A stretch of DNA of 64,000 bases from positions 84,647,812 to 84,711,811 of the forward strand of contig JARDVH010000084.1 in assembly GCA_030324005.1 (NCBI GenBank). Direction: 5' to 3'. Below are positions 57,109 through 64,000 of this stretch, in pieces. The number at the start of each line of letters is the position of its first letter. Within the stretch, counting starts at the first letter, position 1. The position numbers and the translations under genes were made by a program. The stretch is from Negaprion brevirostris. Taxonomy: Eukaryota. Below the pieces are notes generated by a model that ran no database searches, was not told the origin of the DNA, and worked only from the letters and a program-made list of their open reading frames with translations.

Positions 57109-60100
57109 ATTCCAATTCACAAACCTCTAGTTTATATAACACACTCTATCCAGTCTGTAAACCACAGGAAATATATCACCCACCACTAAAAATTCGGCCT
57201 AACCAGTGAGGATCCAGTCCAAGTTCACAATAAATAAAGCACAACATTGACAGACGTGGCATCAACTACAGTAAATATAACATATTAGTGAGGATCCACT
57301 CTCTAAACTTCAGGAAATATAACACTGAGGTTCCAATTTCAAACCTAAAATGAACATCTGACGAACCAGTTGAGGATACGGTCTCTAAACTAGATTTAAT
57401 ATAATAATCACATGCACCAGTGAGGATGGAGTCACTATATTACAGTAAGTAATTCCAGTTAGGATCCTCTGTATAAATTATAGTAAACAAAGTACAGGGC
57501 AGTAATGACCCTGTCTCTAAACACTCACCAGAAAGGATCCAGTCTCCAAATTACTATAAATATAACACATACCATTGAGATGATATCTCAAAATTGCTGT
57601 AAATATAACACACACAAGTGAGATTCCAGTCACTAATCTACAGTAAATTTGATGCAAACCACTGTGGTACAGCTCTCTAAACAACAGTAAATATAACACA
57701 TGCAAGTGAGGATCCTGTCTCTAAATTACAATAAATATAACACATACCAGTGAGGATCATGTCTCTAAATTATTGTAAGTATAATACACACCACTGATGA
57801 CTCAGTCTCTAAATTGCAGTAAATATAACACACACCAGTGAGGACCTAGTCACTAATCTACAGGAAGTGTAACAGAAAACATTGTGGTACTGGTCTCTAA
57901 ACGACAGTAAATATAACACACACCAGTGAAGACCCAGTCTTTAAATTACAGTAAATATAATGCAAACTGGTGAAGATACAGTCTCTAAATTACAGTAAAA
58001 GTAATACAAAATGGTAAGGATCCAGTCTCTATATTACAGTAAATGCAGTGCAAACTGGTGAAGATCCAGCTTCTAAATTACAGCAAATGTAACTCAAACC
58101 ACTGTGGTACTGGTATCTTAATGATAGTAAATATAACACACACCAGTGAGGATCCAGTCTCTAAATCACAGTTACTATAACATATCAGTGAGGGTTCAGT
58201 CCCTAAATTACAGTAACTATGACGCACACCAGTGAGGCTCTAGTCTCTAAATAACTAAATAAAATGCTCAGCAGTGGGGATCCAGTCACCAATCTGCTAT
58301 AAATATAACACATACCAGTGTGGATCCTGTCACTAATCTACAATAAATATAATTTGTACCAGTAAGGATACAGTCTCTAAATTACTGTGATTGTAACATG
58401 CGCGAGTGAGAATCCAGTATCTAATCTATACTAAATATAACTCACACAACTGTGGATCTGATCGTTAAACTACAGTAAAGACAACACAGTCATTGTGGTG
58501 CTGGTCACCAAAACTACAGTAAATATAACACACACCAGTGACGATCCAGTCTCTAAATTACAGTAATACAACATGCACTGGTGAGGATTTAGTCTCAAAC
58601 CTGTAACACCAAATATATATAAATATAACGCACACCACTAGTGTCCAAAACTACAGAAAATATAACACACAATATGACGCACACTAGTAAGGATCCAGTC
58701 TCAAAATTACAGTATATATAACACACCAGTAAGGACCCAGTCCATAATCTACAATAAATACAATACCACTATGGATCTGATTGCTAAACTACAGCAAAGA
58801 TAACGCAAACCACTGTGGTACTGGTCCCCAAAGCTACAGTAAATATAACACACACCAGTAAGGATCCAGTCCATAATCTATAGTAAATATAACACACACG
58901 TGAGATTCCAGTCACTGATCTACAGTAAATTTAACACAAGCCATTGTGCTGCAGCTCTCTAAACGATAGTAAATATAACATACACTCTCTAAATTATAGC
59001 AAATATGAAACACAAGTGAGGATCCAGTCTCAAAATTATAGTAAATAAATATTGAACAGTGAGAATATAGTCATTAATCTACTGTAAATATAATACCAAC
59101 CGCCTTGGTACTAGTCTCTAAATGACAGGAAATATAACACACTCTATGATGATCCAGTCTCAAAATTTTAATAAATATAACATGCACAAATGAGGATCTG
59201 TTCACTTAATTACAGTGAGTAAAACCGTGAGGATCCAGTCACCAATCTAATTATAACACACCTGTAAGGATCCAGTCTCTAAAATGCTGTAAACATTACT
59301 CACAACACTATGGATGTGATCTCTGAATGACAGTAAATATAACACAAACTACTGTGGTACTGGTCTCCAAATTACAGCAAATATAACACACACCAGTGAA
59401 GATCCAGACTCTAAAATACTGCAAATATTACTCACAGCACTATGGATCTGATTTCTAAAGGACAGTAAACGTAACACAAACCACTGTGTTACTGGTCTCC
59501 AAACCACAACAAATATAACACACACCAGTGAAGATCCAGTCTGTAATTTACAGTAGATATAACACAAACCAGTGAAGATCCAGTCTCTAATTCACAGTAA
59601 ATATAACACACACCAGTGATGATCCAGACTCTATAAATTACAGTAAAAATAAAACACACTAGTGAGGATCTAGTTTGCAGCAAATATAACACAAACCATT
59701 GGTCTCCAAAACTACAGAAAGTATAACACACACCAGTAAGAATCCAGCCTCTAAATTATAGTAAGTATAACACACACCAGTAGTTACCCAGTTCATAATC
59801 CACAGTAACTATAACACACAGCACCATAAATCTGATCTCGAAATTGCTGTAAATATAACAGGCACCAGTGAGGATCCAGTTTTTAAACTACAGTAGTATT
59901 AAAACATAGCCCTGTGGTACTGGTCTCCAAAGATACAGAAAATGTGACACAAACCAGTAAGGATCCAGCCTCTAAATTACAGTAAATATAAAACACAAGT
60001 AAGCATCAAGTCTGTAAATTACAGTAAATAAAATGTTGAACAGTGAGGATTTAGTCATTAATCCAATGTAAATATAACACAAACACTGTGATACTGGTGT

Positions 60101-62179
60101 CTAAATGATAGGAAATGTAATACACCAGTGATGATCCTGTCTCAAAATTACAGTAAATAGAATACACACCAGTGAGGATCTATTCCCTAAATTACAGTGT
60201 ATAAAACTGTGAGGATCCAGTCACCAATCTATTGTAATTATAACACCAGTGAGGATCCAGTCTATAATACAGAAAATATAACGCACCAGTGAGGATCCAG
60301 TCTAAATTAACAGTAAAAAGAATGCAAATCGGTGAGGATCCAGTCTCTAAATTACAGTAAAAAGAAAATACATCAATGAGAATCTAGTCTGAAACCTACA
60401 ATAAATATAGCACAAACCACTGGTGTCCAAAAACTACAGTAAATATAACACACATCAGTGAGGGTCAAATCTGTAAATTGCAGTAAATATAATGCACCAG
60501 TGAAGATCCAGTCTCTAAACATAACTCGAACCGATAAGAATCCAGTCTCTAAATTATAGCAAATATAACACAAACTGTGAAGATCCAGTCTCTAAATTAT
60601 AGTAATTATAAGGCAAACTGATGAGGATCCAGTCTCTAAATTACAGTAAATACAACGCAAACTGGTGAGGATCCAGCCTCTAAATTACAGTAAAAATAAT
60701 ACAAAATGGTGAGGATCTAGTCTCTATATTACAGTAAATGTAACACAAACCACCGTGGTACTGGTATCTAAATGACAATAAGTATAACACATACCAATGA
60801 GGGTTCAGTCTCTATATTACAGTAATTATAACTCAAGCCGGTGGGGATCCTGTCTCTAAATTACAGTAAATACAATGCAAACTGGTGAGGATCCAGTCTC
60901 TAAATTATAGTAAAAAAACACAAACTGGTGATGATCCGGTGTCTAAATTACAGTAAGTATAATGCAAACTGGTGAGGATCCAGTCTCTATATTACAGTAA
61001 ATGCAATGCAAACCGGTAAGAACCCAACTTCTAAATTACAGTAAATGTAACACAAACCGCTGTGGTACTGGTGTCTAAATGACAGTAAATATGACACTAG
61101 TGAAGCTCTAGTCTCTAAATTACTGTAAATAAAATGCTTAGCAGTGAGGATCCAATCACGAAGCTACTATAAATGTAACACACACCAGTGTGGATCCTGT
61201 CACTAATCTACAATAATTATAATTCACACTAGTATAATACAGTCTCTACTGTGAGTGCAACACACAAAAGTGAGGATCCAGTATCTAATCAAAGTAAGTA
61301 TAACACGCTAAACTACAGTAAAGATAACACAAGCCACCATGGTATTGATCTCCAAAACTACAGTAAATATAATCGACACCAGTGAAGATCCATTCTCTAA
61401 ATTATAGTAATATAACACGCACCCAGTGAGGATTTAGTTTCTAAATTACTGTAAATATAACACACACCAGTGGTGATCCAGACTCTAAATTACAGTAAAA
61501 ATAAATCTAGTCTCAAACCTGTAACACCAAATATATATAAATATAACGCAAACCACTGGTATCCAAAACTACAGTAAATATAACACACCACTATGGATCT
61601 GATTGCTAAACTACAGTAAAGATAACACAAACTACTGTGGTACTGGTCCCCAAATCTACAGTAAATGTACACCAGGAAGGATCGAGTCTCCAAATTACTA
61701 TAAATACTGCACACACACTAGTGAGGCGATATGGGATCGTGGCTGTTGCAGTGTCAATGGACCCAGTTGCCTCCTTCTGCACTGTAGGGATTCTATGGCA
61801 TCATTAAACTGCTGTAAATATAACACACATCAGTGAGAATCCAGTCTCTAAATTACAGTAAATATAAAACACAAGTGGGGATCCAGTCTCAAAATTATAG
61901 TAAATAAAATGTTGAAAAGTGAGAATATAGTCATTAATCTACTGTAAATATAATACAAACCACCATGGTACTGGACTCTAAATGACAGGAAATATAACGC
62001 ACACTGTGATAATCCAGTCTCAAAATTACCATAAATATAACACACACCAATGTGGATCTGTTCACTAAATCACAGTAAATAAAACACTGAGGATCCAGTC
62101 ACCAATCTACTGTAGTTATAATACACGAGTAAGGATCCAGCTTCTAAATTACTGTAAATATTATTCAAAGCACTATGGA

Positions 62180-62553
62180 GGGTGGGTGGCGTAATGGCAA
62201 ATAGGGTCCAGGTGAAGGCTGGGATGAAGGCACTTTATCTGAATGCGCAAAGCATTCGGAATAAAGTGGATGAGCTGGTGGCGCAGATCAGCACTAATGG
62301 ATATGATCTGGTGGCCATTACNNNNNNNNNNNNNNNNNNNNNNNNNNNNNNNNNNNNNNNNNNNNNNNNNNNNNNNNNNNNNNNNNNNNNNNNNNNNNNN
62401 NNNNNNNNNNNNNNNNNNNNNNNNNNNNNNNNNNNNNNNNNNNNNNNNNNNNNNNNNNNNNNNNNNNNNNNNNNNNNNNNGAATGGCGGGGCAGGCTCGA
62501 AGGGCTGGATGGCCTACTCCTGCTCCTATTTCTTATGTTCTTATGTTCTTATG
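62180..62553 (+). mobile_element. Young CR1-type LINE inserted in the satellite (interior collapsed into an N gap)
   Basis: 5' part encodes the APE N-terminus ALYLNAQSIRNKVDELVAQISTNGYDLVAI; 3' tail ends (TTCTTATG)n and is the reverse complement of 9303-9376. Confidence 0.85.
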
Positions 62554-64000
62554 ATTTAATCTCTAAACAACAGTAAATGTAACACAAACAACTGTGGTAC
62601 TGGTCTTCAAACTACAGCAAATGTAACATACACCAGTGAAGATCCAGACTCTAAATTACAGTAAAAGTAAGACGCATTAGTGAAGATCTAGTCACAAAGC
62701 TGCAGCAAAATATAACACAAACCATTGGCCTCCAAAACTACAGAAAGTATAACACACACTAGTAAGGATTCTGCCTCTAAGTTACACTAAGTATGACACA
62801 CACCAAAAATTATCCAATCCATAATCTATGATAAATCTAACACACAGCAACATAGATCTGATTTCAAAATGACTGCAAATATAACAGGTAACAGTGAGGA
62901 TCCAGTTTCTGAACTACAGTAGTATTAAAATATAACACTGTGTTACTGGTCCAAAGCTACAGTAAATATAACACACAGCAGTAAAGATCCAGTCTCTAAA
63001 TTACAGTAAACATAAAACACAAGTGAGGATCAAGTCTCTAAATTACAGTAAGTAAAATGCTGAAAATGAAAATTTAGTCATTAATCCACTGCAAATATAA
63101 CACAAACCACCACGGTACTGGTGTCTAAATGCCAGGAAATATAATACACCAGTTATGGTCCTGTCTCAAAATTACAGTAAATAGAACACGCACCAGTGAG
63201 GATCTATTCACTAAATTATAGTACATAAAACTGAGGGTCCAGTCACCAATCTATTGTAATTACAGCAGCAGTGAGGATCCAGTCTATAATACACAAAATA
63301 TAATACACCAGTGAGGATCCGGTCTCTCAATTACAGTAAAAAGAACGCAAATTGTTAAGAATCCAGTTGGTAAATTGCAATAAAATAACACCAGTGAGGA
63401 TTCACTCTCTAAGTTACAGTAAAATAAGACACACTAGTCAGGATCTCGACTCTAAATTACAGTAAAAAGAAAATACATCAGTGAGGATCTAGTCTCAAAC
63501 CTACAATAAATATAGCATTAACCACTAGTGTCCAAAACTGCAGTAAATCTAACTCACACCAGTGAGGATCCAGTCTCTTAATTTCAGTAAATATGATATG
63601 CCAGTGTTGATCCAAATTCTAAACTACAGTAAAATAATACACATTAGTAAGAATCCAGTCTCTAAATTATAGTAAATAAAACATGCACCAGTGAGGATCA
63701 AATCTCTAAATTACTGGAAATATAACACACACCAGTGAGGATCCAGTCTCTAAATTATAGTAAATGTAACAAATACCTGTGAGGATGAAGTCTCTAAATT
63801 ACTGGAAATATAACATACCAGTGATAATCCAGACTCTATATTACAGTAAAATAATGCACACCAGTAAGGATTCAGTCTCTAAATTACAGTAAATATAACA
63901 TGCACCAGTGAGGACCCAATACATAATCTATAGTAAATATAACATACCACTATAGATATGATTTCTAAATTAATGTAAGTAAAACACAGTGAGGATCCAG

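Larger units (their letters stand above)
54780..64000 (+). repeat. 44-bp tandem satellite, consensus CCAGTGAGGATCCAGTCTCTAAATTACAGTAAATATAACACACA
   Basis: Unit spacing 44 nt (e.g. 59525 to 59569); many units carry a BamHI site; recurrent variant monomer ACTGTGGTACTGGTCTC; more degenerate toward 54.8-56.5 kb; runs off the window end. Confidence 0.95.

Noticed and set aside
54780-64000. CRISPR-like array, or Cys/Tyr-rich protein ORFs (MCYIYC...) in the repeat
   Set aside because: Head-to-tail 44-bp monomers with no unique spacers and no cas genes, in a vertebrate context. 44 is not a multiple of 3, so the ORFs are by-products.

Overview
Vertebrate genomic DNA, almost certainly a shark: it is dense in HE1-like tRNA SINEs and CR1, RTE, Rex1 and Penelope-like retroelements, with N-gaps where repeats collapsed. 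1-33.5 kb is mostly decayed retroelements with no recognisable host gene. About 34-51 kb holds a complete minus-strand BRD2 (RING3; BET family) gene. I resolved 12 coding exons, all GT-AG with consistent phases, totalling 2331 nt (776 aa), behind a TATA/CCAAT CpG-island promoter. A second CpG island lies at about 52.3-52.8 kb. From about 54.8 kb to the end runs a 44-bp BamHI satellite with a ~2.8-2.9 kb higher-order duplication, an internal inversion and retroelement insertions. The most notable non-obvious items are: two SNORD10 (mgU6-77)-like box C/D snoRNAs in BRD2 introns; a second, unidentified duplicated intronic hairpin with compensatory changes; and minimal hammerhead-ribozyme relics in a Penelope-type terminal repeat. 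Family assignments are from memory of reference sequences, not database searches.
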